64,000 bases of DNA, from NCBI GenBank assembly GCA_965224485.1, contig CBDCZH010000019.1, forward strand, positions 64,001 to 128,000, written 5' to 3'. Below are positions 40,675-50,696 of this stretch, piece after piece. The position numbers and the translations under genes are program-made. Position 1 is the first letter of the stretch; each line of letters opens with the position of its first letter. Below the pieces are notes generated by a model that did not search any database, was not told where the DNA came from, and worked only from the letters and a program-made list of their open reading frames with translations. This DNA comes from Arcobacteraceae bacterium (lineage in GTDB: Bacteria > Campylobacterota > Campylobacteria > Campylobacterales > Arcobacteraceae).

Positions 40675-41188
40675 ACTTATTTGATTTTAATAGGAAGTAA
40701 ACTTAGAAAACTCAAAGCTTCAGGAAGAGAAAATATTGCATCTTTAAGATCATTACATTTAGGATCAATTAGATAGTTTTTAGCTTTTTCGAAATTTGTC
40801 TTTTTTAGATTATTATTTAAAAAAACTGTTTGTTCTAAATCACAGTTATCAAAAAGTGCTTTTTCTAAATTACACTGCTCAAATCCACTATCTTTTATTT
40901 GGCAATTAGTGAATTTCATCAAACGCAAGTCCAAAAGATGAAATGAATTTTGAGATAAATTACAAGAATCAAATCTAAGCTCAAAAGGTTCAAAACAAGA
41001 GCTCCAAGAAAGACCTAAAAGTTTAGAGTTCTTAAAAAGAACATCATTAAAAGTGCAATTTGTTAACACGCTTAAGGATAAATCACAAGATATAAAAGTG
41101 CACTCAGTAAACTTACAATTAGAAAAACTACTTTTAGTAAAATTGCATTTAATAAAAGTACAATTATCAAAATAAATAGAACTTATAT

Positions 41189-42300
41189 CCTCTTTTCACA
41201 CTTAAAGTGCAACATAGAGTAATGTAAGATGTAAGGCTGATTGATATACAATTTAAGCTCAATATCTTGCAGGATAAATGGAGCATTAAATGGAAAAGTA
41301 TAAACAATTAACCTTAGGTTTAAGGTATCAAATATTTGCTTATAAAAACGAAAATTATACACAATCTAAAATTGCAGAGTTACTAGGTGTTAATAAATCA
41401 ACCATATCAAGAGAGCTTAAAAGAAATAGTAACAATGATTACTACAGTCCTGAGGATGCTCATATAAGTGCTGTCTCTAGAGACAAGTTTAAAGATAGGT
41501 ATCACAAGATAACAAAGAAGTTAAAACTAAAGATTGGCAAGTTATTAAAAGAAGGATTATCTCCTGAGCAATTAACAGGAAGACTAAAACTACATAAAAT
41601 AGCTAATATATCTTATGAAACAGTATATAGGTATATTTATGCAAATCAAATAAGTGGTGGAAGATTATATAAATATTTAAGACATAAGAACAAAAAGTAT
41701 GGAAATAGAAGTAGTCAATATAAAACAAGAGGTCAAATAAAGAATAGAGTTAATATAAGTCAACGAGCTAAAATAATTGAGACTAAAACTAGATTTGGAG
41801 ACTTTGAAGTAGATACTATTATTGGGAAAGACCATAAAGGTGCAATTGTTACATTAGTAGATAGAAAGAGTAAGTTTACACTAATGAGGATAGTTGAATC
41901 AAAACAAGCTGGTGCAGTTACGCAAGCTATTATAGAGTTGTTATATCCAATAAGGAATTTAGTTCATACCATTACATCAGATAATGGCAAAGAGTTTTCT
42001 TATCATGAAGAAATAGCAAAAGAATTAAATATAAAGTTTTATTTTTGTGATCCTTATTCATCTTGGCAAAGAGGATTAAATGAACATACAAATGGATTGG
42101 TGAGAGAATATATTCCTAAAAAATCAAGCTTTGAGAATGTAAATAATACTCAAATACTTATAATACAAAACAGGTTAAATAATAGACCAAGAAAGATACT
42201 AAAATATTATACTCCGAATGAGATATTTTTGAAGGAAGTTTCAAGAAAGATGGTGGCATAATTTTGCCTATATTTGTTGCACTTTAGAGTTGAATTGGCG
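41189..42300 (+). mobile_element. IS30-family insertion sequence, 1112 bp, 26-bp imperfect terminal IRs, TAT target duplication
   Basis: IRL cctcttttcacacttaaagtgcaaca (41189-41214); IRR tgttgcactttagagttgaattggcg (42275-42300); TAT at 41186-41188 and 42301-42303. Confidence 0.95.
41290..42261 (+). CDS. IS30-family transposase
   Basis: KSTISRELKRN HTH; GDFEVDT; TSDNGKEF; WQRGLNEHTNGLVR; LNNRPRK. Confidence 0.97.
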   Translation: MEKYKQLTLGLRYQIFAYKNENYTQSKIAELLGVNKSTISRELKRNSNNDYYSPEDAHISAVSRDKFKDRYHKITKKLKLKIGKLLKEGLSPEQLTGRLKLHKIANISYETVYRYIYANQISGGRLYKYLRHKNKKYGNRSSQYKTRGQIKNRVNISQRAKIIETKTRFGDFEVDTIIGKDHKGAIVTLVDRKSKFTLMRIVESKQAGAVTQAIIELLYPIRNLVHTITSDNGKEFSYHEEIAKELNIKFYFCDPYSSWQRGLNEHTNGLVREYIPKKSSFENVNNTQILIIQNRLNNRPRKILKYYTPNEIFLKEVSRKMVA

Positions 42301-42558
42301 TATTTTTATCATCATATTCGAAGAATTCTTCTTCCCAGTAATCATTATTCTTAAACATAAAACTCTTTTTATTTTGATTTTATCATATAAAATAAAAATA
42401 AAGTAAATAATACTCATTTATTATAAATAATAAATGTTATATTAATTTAAAGATAAGAAAAATTAAATATATAATTTAAACTTTACAAAAAAGATGTGAT
42501 AAAGAACTATTCGTTATTATATGCAAAATTATTAATATAAAATTATTTTAGGAAAATT

Positions 42559-42939
42559 ATGCTACAAAATGAAATAACACAAGAGAATATAACTTTATTA
42601 GTTCACAACTTTTATTCAAAAGTTTTAAAAAATGATTCTATATCTCCTTTTTTTATTAAAAAACTAGGTAAAAATATGGAATCAAAAACATGGAAAAAAC
42701 ATCTTTTACTAATTAGTGATTTTTGGTTTACTATTTCTACAAAAAAAGGGACATATAATGGCTCACCTTTTGCACCTCATATGAAAATTGAAGGATTAAA
42801 AAGAGACTCTTTTGAAATATGGTTAAAACTTTTTTTTCAAACATTAGATGAAATTTTTATACAAAATATTGCAAATGCATTTAAGGAAAGAAGTTCACTA
42901 ATAGCTTCTAACTTTATGAGAAACCTAGCAATACAGTAA
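42559..42939 (+). CDS. Group III truncated hemoglobin
   Basis: LV..FY.KV; W..HL..I.DFW; YNGSPF.PH; F..WL.LF. Confidence 0.88.
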   Translation: MLQNEITQENITLLVHNFYSKVLKNDSISPFFIKKLGKNMESKTWKKHLLLISDFWFTISTKKGTYNGSPFAPHMKIEGLKRDSFEIWLKLFFQTLDEIFIQNIANAFKERSSLIASNFMRNLAIQ

Positions 42940-43022
42940 AAAACTAAGAAAAAAAGAAAACTAATGCTTTGTACAAAACACACGTATTCTTATCTTATAT
43001 TTTATTTATTAAGCTATACTGA

Positions 43023-43031
43023 TGATATAAT
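43023..43031 (+). promoter_or_regulatory. Extended -10 promoter (TGaTATAAT) for the 33-aa small protein
   Basis: Consensus TGnTATAAT 18 nt before the ATG, followed by AAGGAG. Confidence 0.6.
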
Positions 43032-43049
43032 TTAAACAAAGGAGATAAA

Positions 43050-43151
43050 ATGGCAAAAGGTAAAGACGTTCAAAAAGCAGATAAAAAAGTACCTGCTAAA
43101 TCATTAAAAGAAAAAAGAGCTGATAAAAAAGCAAAAAAAGCTTCAAAATAA
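43050..43151 (+). CDS. 33-aa Lys/Ala-rich small protein MAKGKDVQKADKKVPAKSLKEKRADKKAKKASK
   Basis: AAAGGAG RBS, extended -10, downstream cctggta...taccagg hairpin (43177-43206); below the ORF-track cutoff. Confidence 0.75.
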   Translation: MAKGKDVQKADKKVPAKSLKEKRADKKAKKASK

Positions 43152-43263
43152 TTTATTAAAATAAAATCTATTTAAACCTGGTATTATCAAAATATTTATT
43201 ACCAGGAAGATTTTATTTTTAAAATAAACCTCTATATAAAAATTAGTTCTAAACTTAATACTT

Positions 43264-43620
43264 TTATTTACAAAAAGAAAAATTTTTATTTGAATAAGAA
43301 AATAGCTTATTTAGATAAATCAATCCATCATAATTATCTTCAAAACCAACAGTATCTCTGCTTTCATAAAAACCTAAGAACTTTATATAAACTTTTTGAT
43401 AAGGTCTTTTTCTAATATTTGCAAGATATAAAGATGTCTGTTCTATTACTCTTAAATCTTCACCATTTAACCAATATATTTTAGAATCATTACAAGGTTT
43501 AAAAGCTGATACTTCATGCCCATAAGTAAAATATCCCTCAAATTCAAGGTTTTTAGAACTAGAACAAGAAATAAACGATAATGGTATTAATAATAAAAAA
43601 TAATTAAAAAATATGTTCAT
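43264..43620 (-). CDS. Hypothetical lipoprotein
   Basis: Lipobox FISC; GYFTYGHEVSAFKPC; AGGAG RBS. Confidence 0.75.
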   Translation of the reverse strand: MNIFFNYFLLLIPLSFISCSSSKNLEFEGYFTYGHEVSAFKPCNDSKIYWLNGEDLRVIEQTSLYLANIRKRPYQKVYIKFLGFYESRDTVGFEDNYDGLIYLNKLFSYSNKNFSFCK

Positions 43621-43726
43621 ATTTTCTCCTATTATAAAATATATTATTTAGTAAATATATTTGTATTTTAATATAAATATTATAAAACTATATAAATTTA
43701 TTAGCTTATTTTGATATTATTCCATA

Positions 43727-45358
43727 ATGAATTTAAGTAATGAACAAATAAATATAATAAATGCAAAAGAAGACTCTTTTAAAATAAATGCAGTTGCGGG
43801 TAGTGGGAAAACAACTACACTTTTAGAATATGCAAAAAATAATAGCAACTTAAGAATTTTATATCTTGCATATAACAAATCTTTACAAGTATCAATTCAA
43901 GAAAAATTAAAAGAATATGAACCTTCTTGTATAAATCATATGAGAATAAGTACCATACATGCTTTAGCTTATAAATATACCAATGCATATCAGTATAAGC
44001 TCACACATGATTTAAAAATACAAGTAATAGAAAAATGTTTATGCCAATATGAGCAAGAAACAAATCAAAAAAACAACTATTTTCCAATAGCTGAATATAT
44101 TGCTTTGATAAAAGATTTGGTAAATTATTACTGTAATTCTTCTTTAATAGCTCTTGATTTAGAACTTTTAAAAAAGTACAAAAAACAAAGTGAATTAGGA
44201 GTAAAAATAATAAAACTCCTAGAAAATGATGAACAAAAAGCCTTAAATCATTTAAAACATATTTTAAGTGCAATGAAAAACAAAAAAATAGATGTTATTC
44301 ATGATTTTTATTTAAAAATGTTTTACTTAAATAAAAAAATTCTTAAAACCTTACCTTATGATTTAATCTTAGTAGATGAAGCACAAGATATTTCTGATGT
44401 TATGATTGCTATTATTGAAGAACAAAATTGTAGACGTATCTATATAGGTGATTCTTTTCAGCAAATATACTCATTTAGATACGCAATAAATGCTTTGCAT
44501 AAAATAGATTTACCTTCTTACACTTTATCAAAAAGTTTCAGGTTTGGAAATACATATGCCAAAGTTTTAGAAAATAATTTAAATGACTTATATAAACTCC
44601 AAACAAATAAACTTCTTAATATATCAGGAACTTCTAATATTACAAACGAAGGTAAAAATGTTATTAATTTAAATAAACCATATTGTGTAATAGCACGCTC
44701 AACTTTTGGTCTTATTCAAGAAATAGTACAATTATTAAAAAAAGATAAAAAAATATTTTTTGAAGGTGGATATAGTTCTTATTCATTTATGAATCAAACT
44801 GTTTATTCTCTTTTTTATCTAAAAGAAAAAAAGTTTGATAAAATTACCCTAAGTGAAATAAAAGAGTTTGACTCAATACAAGAACTAGAAGAATTCGCCA
44901 AAGATACAAAAAATCAAGACTTTTTAAATGTAATAAAATTTATAAATACCTATGGTGATAATATTTTTGATATAAACAAAAAAATAAAAGAAAAACTAAC
45001 AAATAAAAAAGAAGATGCAGATATAATTTTTACCACTACTCATAAATCAAAAGGTCAAGAATATGACCAAGTTATTATGGCAAATGATTTTATATCTAAA
45101 AAAGACATAACAAACCCAAAAAATAAAATGTCTTATACTCAAGTTATAGAAGAATTAAATATTTATTACGTAGCAGCAACAAGAGCAAAAAAAGCAATAC
45201 AACTAAGCTGTTTAAATACTACTTATACTTATGCCCAAAATGAACAAACAAAAACAATAGCTAATAAATATAAGAAAAAAACGACAAAGAAAAAGATGAA
45301 AAACTTACAAGAAGAATGGCTTGAAAATAATAGAGTTAAAAAAGATGCTATTTTTTAA
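43727..45358 (+). CDS. SF1 UvrD-like helicase
   Basis: AVAGSGKT; DEAQD; GDSFQQIYSFR; SFRFG; THKSKGQE; YVAATRAK. Confidence 0.92.
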   Translation: MNLSNEQINIINAKEDSFKINAVAGSGKTTTLLEYAKNNSNLRILYLAYNKSLQVSIQEKLKEYEPSCINHMRISTIHALAYKYTNAYQYKLTHDLKIQVIEKCLCQYEQETNQKNNYFPIAEYIALIKDLVNYYCNSSLIALDLELLKKYKKQSELGVKIIKLLENDEQKALNHLKHILSAMKNKKIDVIHDFYLKMFYLNKKILKTLPYDLILVDEAQDISDVMIAIIEEQNCRRIYIGDSFQQIYSFRYAINALHKIDLPSYTLSKSFRFGNTYAKVLENNLNDLYKLQTNKLLNISGTSNITNEGKNVINLNKPYCVIARSTFGLIQEIVQLLKKDKKIFFEGGYSSYSFMNQTVYSLFYLKEKKFDKITLSEIKEFDSIQELEEFAKDTKNQDFLNVIKFINTYGDNIFDINKKIKEKLTNKKEDADIIFTTTHKSKGQEYDQVIMANDFISKKDITNPKNKMSYTQVIEELNIYYVAATRAKKAIQLSCLNTTYTYAQNEQTKTIANKYKKKTTKKKMKNLQEEWLENNRVKKDAIF

Positions 45359-45380
45359 TTTTATTAAGAAGAAAAATATT

Positions 45381-46748
45381 TTACATTAAAATTGTTTGAT
45401 TTCGTCCATTCTCTTTTGCTTTATAAAGTGCTCTATCAACTCTTTGTAATAAATCATCAATATTTTCTTCTTTATTTTCTAAGGAAGTAAGACCAATACT
45501 CACAGATATTTTTATTGCTTTTTTATTTAAAAGTAAATCAGTATTATTTATGAGTTTTCGTAAATTTTCACAAATAATATAAGCACCTTCTTTATTCGTC
45601 ATTGGTAAAATCAAAATAAATTCTTCTCCACCCCATCTTGCAAACATATCACTATTTCTAATACTATTTTCACAAAGATTAGATAAATGCTGTAAAACTA
45701 AGTCCCCTACTTCATGACCATAAGAATCATTAACTTTTTTAAAAAAATCAATATCAAAAAAGCACAAAGAAAAATCACTTTTTTCTCTTTTACATAAGCT
45801 TATATACTTTTTCATAAAATCAAGAGCTGATCTTCTATTTGATAATTGAGTTAAAATATCAGTATTAGCCATTTTTTTAAGTGATTTATTTAAATTTTGA
45901 AGTTTTATTTTTTGAGTAAAAGATCTTTTTTCTAAATAAAATATAAAACATGAAGTTAGAAAAGCCAAAATGAAAATAATTCCTTGAACAATATACTTAT
46001 TAAAAGAATTTTTTTCAATATAATTAATTACTAAATGCCAATGCGCATTTGGAACTTTTATTGCATAAGATTTTGCATTACTATTTAGTTCTAATTTAGA
46101 CTGCATAATAACAGTACTATCTGGAAAATCTGGATTATTCCCATAAAGTTTAAATGCTAATTTAGACTTATCAAGTCCATGTAAAGATTTTTCTAAAATA
46201 TCACTTATATAAAGAATTGTTGTAGAAAATCCCCAAAATACACTTTTCCCATTTTTCATTTTTGAAATAGGTTTTCGTACAATCACAGCTAGTTTTTGAT
46301 TTTGTATAAGTTTTATTGGACCTATGAAAATTATTCCATTTCGTTCAATAGCCCTTAATGCCCCTGCTATTCTTTTAGGGTCAGATAAAAGATTATGTCC
46401 TATTGCTTTTTCATGATTTTTTAAAGGATATATATATTTTATAATACCATTGGGAGCTAGCTGAACAGCTTTTATTGAAGGAGTATTTTTTATAATCTCT
46501 TTTGCCCAATTCTCAAAGTTATTTGTTTTGAAATTATCAAGTCTTAACATAGATTCAAGAGTAGAGGTTGAAAGTATTCCCATAGTAATTTGTTGTTGAA
46601 CATTTTGAGCTATAACAAAACTAGCTGCATTTAAGGTATTATTTTGTTTTTCTTTTGCATATACATTTACAAAGTTTAGTATAAACTCACCCATAATTAA
46701 TAAAGAGATAAAGGTAAGCAAGGGATATAAAATTTTAGTCAAAAACAA
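45381..46748 (-). CDS. CHASE-domain diguanylate cyclase
   Basis: APNGII.YIYPL..HEKAIG.NL; GPIKLIQ; FWGF; DIDFFKKVND; RWGGEEF. Confidence 0.9.
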   Translation of the reverse strand: MFLTKILYPLLTFISLLIMGEFILNFVNVYAKEKQNNTLNAASFVIAQNVQQQITMGILSTSTLESMLRLDNFKTNNFENWAKEIIKNTPSIKAVQLAPNGIIKYIYPLKNHEKAIGHNLLSDPKRIAGALRAIERNGIIFIGPIKLIQNQKLAVIVRKPISKMKNGKSVFWGFSTTILYISDILEKSLHGLDKSKLAFKLYGNNPDFPDSTVIMQSKLELNSNAKSYAIKVPNAHWHLVINYIEKNSFNKYIVQGIIFILAFLTSCFIFYLEKRSFTQKIKLQNLNKSLKKMANTDILTQLSNRRSALDFMKKYISLCKREKSDFSLCFFDIDFFKKVNDSYGHEVGDLVLQHLSNLCENSIRNSDMFARWGGEEFILILPMTNKEGAYIICENLRKLINNTDLLLNKKAIKISVSIGLTSLENKEENIDDLLQRVDRALYKAKENGRNQTILM

Positions 46749-46844
46749 CCTTTTTAAAAGATTACATTAGCTAAAAAAAGCTTATATACTTATAATAACT
46801 ACTTGTTTTATCTTAAAAAAAGTAGCACTTTAAAATACTTAAAA

Positions 46845-47807
46845 TTAAGTTTGGAACGTAAGTCTATAAATTTTAGGACTGAGTTTTTTGTATCTTTTAA
46901 AAAACCTACCAAAGTCTGAACTATTTGTGAAATGTAAAGATGAAGAAATTTCTTTAATACTCAAATTAGTATAACAAAGTTGATATTGTATTTCTTTTAT
47001 AATCCTTTTATGAATTAAAAAAAGAGCTGATTCATTTAGCTTATCTTTTATTGTTTCACTTAAGTGTTTTGAACTTATTCCTAAAAGAGAAGCATACTCT
47101 TGTACTGATTTTTTCTTTTGAAAGTTTTCTTCAATTAAGGCTAAAAATTGTTTTGATATTTGATTTGACCTAGTATTTATTTCTATACTTAGGCTTGAAT
47201 TTTTCTCACGTTTTAAAAGATATAAAATTTGTAAAAGCAATGTTTTTGAATATTCTTTATAATCAATTTTTTTATCCTTATATTCAATATTTAAGAGCTT
47301 AAAAAGACTAAATATTTGGAAATAAGATTCTTCGTTCAATTGTCTTGGTTTAAAATCTTTTGAAAAAGACTCTAAAAGTTCTTTATTATTAGAGTTAGTG
47401 GAAACTAAAAAATCATATTCAAAAAAAATAATTAAAGATTCACATTCAGTACTAATATCTTCAAATGAATAAATAGTCCCAGGAAGAACCAAATGCAAGG
47501 AGTGTTCGTTTGCTTCATTAGAATATTGATTAATATGTCTTCGTGATGTGCCTTTAAGATTTAGAATAAGAATATAAGGTGAGCAACAAATAGGAATAGA
47601 TTGTTTTTTTTTACCTTTATTTTGTAAAATAACAAAATCTTTAGCTTCAAAATCTTTGGAATAAGTATTCATTCCATAAAGAGGATTCTTTTCATATATA
47701 TTTTTATAAATATTAAGACTGTTTGATATATTCATTAATGGCAAAGAACCCTTGCGTCTTAGTTCCGAAAAACAAGTACTTTGTGTTCTATCTTTGTATT
47801 TATTCAT
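46845..47807 (-). CDS. AraC-family transcriptional regulator
   Basis: SVQEYA..LGISSKHL; SIKEI...L.F...S.F.RFFK. Confidence 0.9.
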   Translation of the reverse strand: MNKYKDRTQSTCFSELRRKGSLPLMNISNSLNIYKNIYEKNPLYGMNTYSKDFEAKDFVILQNKGKKKQSIPICCSPYILILNLKGTSRRHINQYSNEANEHSLHLVLPGTIYSFEDISTECESLIIFFEYDFLVSTNSNNKELLESFSKDFKPRQLNEESYFQIFSLFKLLNIEYKDKKIDYKEYSKTLLLQILYLLKREKNSSLSIEINTRSNQISKQFLALIEENFQKKKSVQEYASLLGISSKHLSETIKDKLNESALFLIHKRIIKEIQYQLCYTNLSIKEISSSLHFTNSSDFGRFFKRYKKLSPKIYRLTFQT

Positions 47808-47847
47808 AGTTTTTCCTATTTAAGCTTATTTTAGCAAAAATAATTTT

Positions 47848-47887
47848 AGTATAAGTATAAAGTTTCTTCAAACTTTATACTTATACT
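47848..47887 (-). terminator. 18-bp perfect stem-loop after the DoxX gene
   Basis: agtataagtataaagttt-cttc-aaactttatacttatact. Confidence 0.7.
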
Positions 47888-47891
47888 TGTC

Positions 47892-48269
47892 CTATGCTTT
47901 AAAAAGTAATTCATATGCTTTTTTATTCTTATACATAACAATTAAAAGTGAAAATACAATAAAAGCAGAAGGAGTAATTCCATTCATATCTAAAAATAGA
48001 TGTGCCAAAAGTGCATTAAGCATAAAAGGGAAAAGAATAACTGCCATTAAAGAAGTATATTTATTAAGTAAAAAAGAAATACCTGTTATTATTTCAACAA
48101 TAGCCATAAAAGGAAAGATATATTTCGTTTTATATACTGCTGTCCCAAAAGCTGCCATTTGCTCATTAGCTGGAGGCATTTGCAAAAATTGCAAAAACCC
48201 GTTTAATCCAAATACTATTACTAATAATCCAGCAAGTATTTGTATACCTAAAATTATTTTTGTTTTCAT
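47892..48269 (-). CDS. DoxX-like membrane protein
   Basis: FGLNGFL.F..MPP; EII.G..FL.NKY; N.L.AH; four TM segments; AAGGA RBS. Confidence 0.8.
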   Translation of the reverse strand: MKTKIILGIQILAGLLVIVFGLNGFLQFLQMPPANEQMAAFGTAVYKTKYIFPFMAIVEIITGISFLLNKYTSLMAVILFPFMLNALLAHLFLDMNGITPSAFIVFSLLIVMYKNKKAYELLFKA

Positions 48270-48562
48270 GTTTTTCCTTTAGTGAAGAAATCTTCGTTTT
48301 TATGAAGATAAGTTTAACATCAAAAAGAATATATACAAAGAGCAAAAAAGCACAATTATATGCAAAAACACGGAAATGATAAGAAAATAATGAAAAAAAC
48401 TACTATTTTATACACTAAATTATAAATTTAATATATTTTCTTAAATTTTTAATTATCTGAGAACTTACCCTAAGGTATGGTATGATTATTCAAAGGATAA
48501 TAATAAAAAATTCATAAATATTTTTTAGATTTATTTTTAAACTCAAATTAATAAGGGAAAAA

Positions 48563-48991
48563 ATGGTTGAAAGTATTTTCACCTTTTATATATTTATAAT
48601 AATGTCAGCAATAGCAAAGATTCACGTATATTGGCTAAGAGGTGGTTATTGGCCAGGAAAAGATAAAAATGATTTAGTAAATAAAGTTTTACAAAAAGGA
48701 GAAGTTTTTCCTTCGTTGTTAGCTTGTATCTTTGTAATTATTATATTTGTAATAATAGCCATTTTCCCACTTATTTCATATCTGAAAATTGAACTTGGAG
48801 TATTTAATGCTTATATAGAATATATTTATTTATTTTTTGCAAGTATATTTTTATTAAGAGCAGCACTTGTTTTTATTCCAAATATGAAAAATAAAGCACA
48901 TAAACTTTTTATTCTTTATAATAAAAAGTATTATTCACCTCTTTGTTTTTCTCTATGTATCTCTTATTTTATTTTATATTTAAATTATTAA
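48563..48991 (+). CDS. DUF3995-like membrane protein
   Basis: IHVYW..GG.WP; IFLLRA; YSPLC. Confidence 0.75.
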   Translation: MVESIFTFYIFIIMSAIAKIHVYWLRGGYWPGKDKNDLVNKVLQKGEVFPSLLACIFVIIIFVIIAIFPLISYLKIELGVFNAYIEYIYLFFASIFLLRAALVFIPNMKNKAHKLFILYNKKYYSPLCFSLCISYFILYLNY

Positions 48992-49005
48992 AAGAAAGGA
49001 AGAAT

Positions 49006-49341
49006 TTGATAAAAGAATTTATGATATTTTTTTTAGCAGCATTTTTTGAAATTATAGGTTGTTATAGTTTTTTCTTAGTTTTTAAAGAAGGAAAAACTTC
49101 ATTTTTTATAGGTATTGGTATAATTTCATTAATTTCATTTGCTTATTTATTAACAAAAATAAACCTAGAATTTGCTGGTAGAATATATGTAATTTATGGT
49201 GGTATTTATATTATATCATCACTTGCCTGGTTATATTTTGTAGAAAAGCAACTTTTTAATAAGTGGGATATTAGTGGATCACTTATAATTTTTATAGGAA
49301 TTTGTATAATTCTATTTGGAAATCAAAAAGTTTTAGTTTAA
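49006..49341 (+). CDS. YnfA/UPF0060-family small membrane protein
   Basis: AA.FEI.GCY; AGR.Y..YGGIYI..SL.W; WD..G. TTG start at 49006 after AAGGA. Confidence 0.85.
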   Translation: MIKEFMIFFLAAFFEIIGCYSFFLVFKEGKTSFFIGIGIISLISFAYLLTKINLEFAGRIYVIYGGIYIISSLAWLYFVEKQLFNKWDISGSLIIFIGICIILFGNQKVLV

Positions 49342-49346
49342 ATTAT

Positions 49347-49399
49347 ATACTAACAATAAATATGCTTTATATCTAGTAGAAAAATATTATTGTTAGTAT
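49347..49399. terminator. 13-bp inverted repeat between convergent genes
   Basis: atactaacaataa (49347-49359) and ttattgttagtat (49387-49399). Confidence 0.5.
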
Positions 49400-49412
49400 T
49401 TTATTTAGAAAC

Positions 49413-50345
49413 TTAGGACTTAGTATTATTTGCAATTCCAAAAGGTATATGAACCATAGGAATATTACCTTCTTTAGATTGCAAATGACCTTTTTGATCA
49501 TCAAAGAACATATGTGGCTTTATTCTTGATAAGATTCTATCTTTATCCATACCACCTAAAAAAAATATTTCATTTGCACTTACTCCCCAATGTTCAAGTG
49601 TTGTTATTACACGTTCATGTGCAGGGGCATTTCTAGCTGTTACAATAGAAGTTCTTATTATACGTTTATAGTTTTTGTCTATTTCTACCTCAAGATCTTC
49701 AAGTTTTTGTAAAGAAGATAGTTTTTTAAATAAATCGGCTAAAGGTCCAGATTGATGTGGAATATCAGACTTAGAAACTTCATATTCATAAAAATCTGGG
49801 AGTTTTCCATTTTGAAAAATTGATTCAGCTTCATCATCAGCAATAACTCCATCAAAATCAAAAGCAATTCTTAACTCTTCATCTCCCTCATCATTAACTA
49901 TTGCGCTTGGAAGAACAACACCAGCAGGATATCCTGCGTCAATTGCATTTTTGACATCTAACTCATTTGCAGATAAGAAAAGTGAAGCATTAAATGCTGG
50001 TACATATTCATATGGTGATTTACCTTCCATAAAGGCTGCTCTTGAGATATTTAAACCATAATAATTAATAGATCTAAATACTCTCTTACCCGTTACTGCT
50101 GAATTTCTAGATAATAAAACAACTTCTACAGGTAATTGTTCTTTAAATCTATTATTAATATTAAGAAACCTCTTAATAAAAGGAAAAGCCACACCTTTTT
50201 TCAATACTTTATTTAAGTTTTTTTCTTGAAATTCTTTATACGCTTTTGCACCTTTTTCTTCAAATACAGTATTAGATTCAGATAAGTCAAAAAGTGCACT
50301 AGATGCTACTGCAATTACTAACTTTTTTTCTATTGGATATGCCAT
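49413..50345 (-). CDS. 5'-nucleotidase (cytosolic cN-I-like family)
   Basis: LVIAVASSALFDL; LFLSAN; LRIAFDFDGV; VTARNAPAHER; FFDDQ. Confidence 0.92.
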   Translation of the reverse strand: MAYPIEKKLVIAVASSALFDLSESNTVFEEKGAKAYKEFQEKNLNKVLKKGVAFPFIKRFLNINNRFKEQLPVEVVLLSRNSAVTGKRVFRSINYYGLNISRAAFMEGKSPYEYVPAFNASLFLSANELDVKNAIDAGYPAGVVLPSAIVNDEGDEELRIAFDFDGVIADDEAESIFQNGKLPDFYEYEVSKSDIPHQSGPLADLFKKLSSLQKLEDLEVEIDKNYKRIIRTSIVTARNAPAHERVITTLEHWGVSANEIFFLGGMDKDRILSRIKPHMFFDDQKGHLQSKEGNIPMVHIPFGIANNTKS

Positions 50346-50554
50346 ATTATTCCTTTAATAGTATTATTTATAATTAAAATAAAAGATATTACTGTCATTT
50401 ATTTTTCTAAAATTATAACAAAAATTAAGCAAAATTCACTTAATTATTAAATTGAAGTGGATAATTAAAATACATAGGTAAGATAAAGTTAAACTAAAAG
50501 ATTTATATAAAAGTACTTATATAAGTATTATATTTTTAAATAAAATAATAAGAA

Positions 50555-50652
50555 ATAAAGCTAAAGTAAACAGGCACCATTAATATATTAAATGCAAAGA
50601 ACAGCATGAAACTAAGCAAATATTAAAAGGTTCCTGTTTACTTTATCTTTAT
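50555..50652. repeat. 98-bp long hairpin / inverted repeat (22 of 24 bp arms)
   Basis: ataaagctaaagtaaacaggcacc (50555-50578) versus ggttcctgtttactttatctttat (50629-50652), plus inner ttaatat/atattaa pairing. Confidence 0.8.
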
Positions 50653-50675
50653 GACTTTTTATATGATACAGAAAA

Positions 50676-50696
50676 TGTGTCACAGTTTGTGTCACA
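50676..50696. promoter_or_regulatory. Direct repeat TGTGTCACA x2, 12-bp period; candidate regulator site
   Basis: Copies at 50676-50684 and 50688-50696. Confidence 0.45.

Larger units (their letters stand above)
40677..42358 (-). pseudogene. Pentapeptide-repeat protein gene (188 aa when restored) interrupted by an IS30 element
   Basis: 5' part 42358-42301 (MFKNNDYWEEEFFEYDDKN) joins in frame to 41185-40677 (ISSIYFDNCTFIKCNFTKSSFSNCKF) once the IS and one TAT are removed. Confidence 0.92.

Noticed and set aside
43727..45358. Anti-phage defence system built on the UvrD-like helicase
   Set aside because: No partner nuclease, ATPase or other defence gene is adjacent.
47887..48282. 131-aa + strand ORF
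   Set aside because: Exact antisense of the DoxX-like gene, which has the RBS and family motifs.
50555..50652. SRP RNA, 6S RNA, tRNA or integron attC
   Set aside because: No SRP domain IV motif, cloverleaf or RYYYAAC/GTTRRRY ends recognised; too short for 6S RNA.
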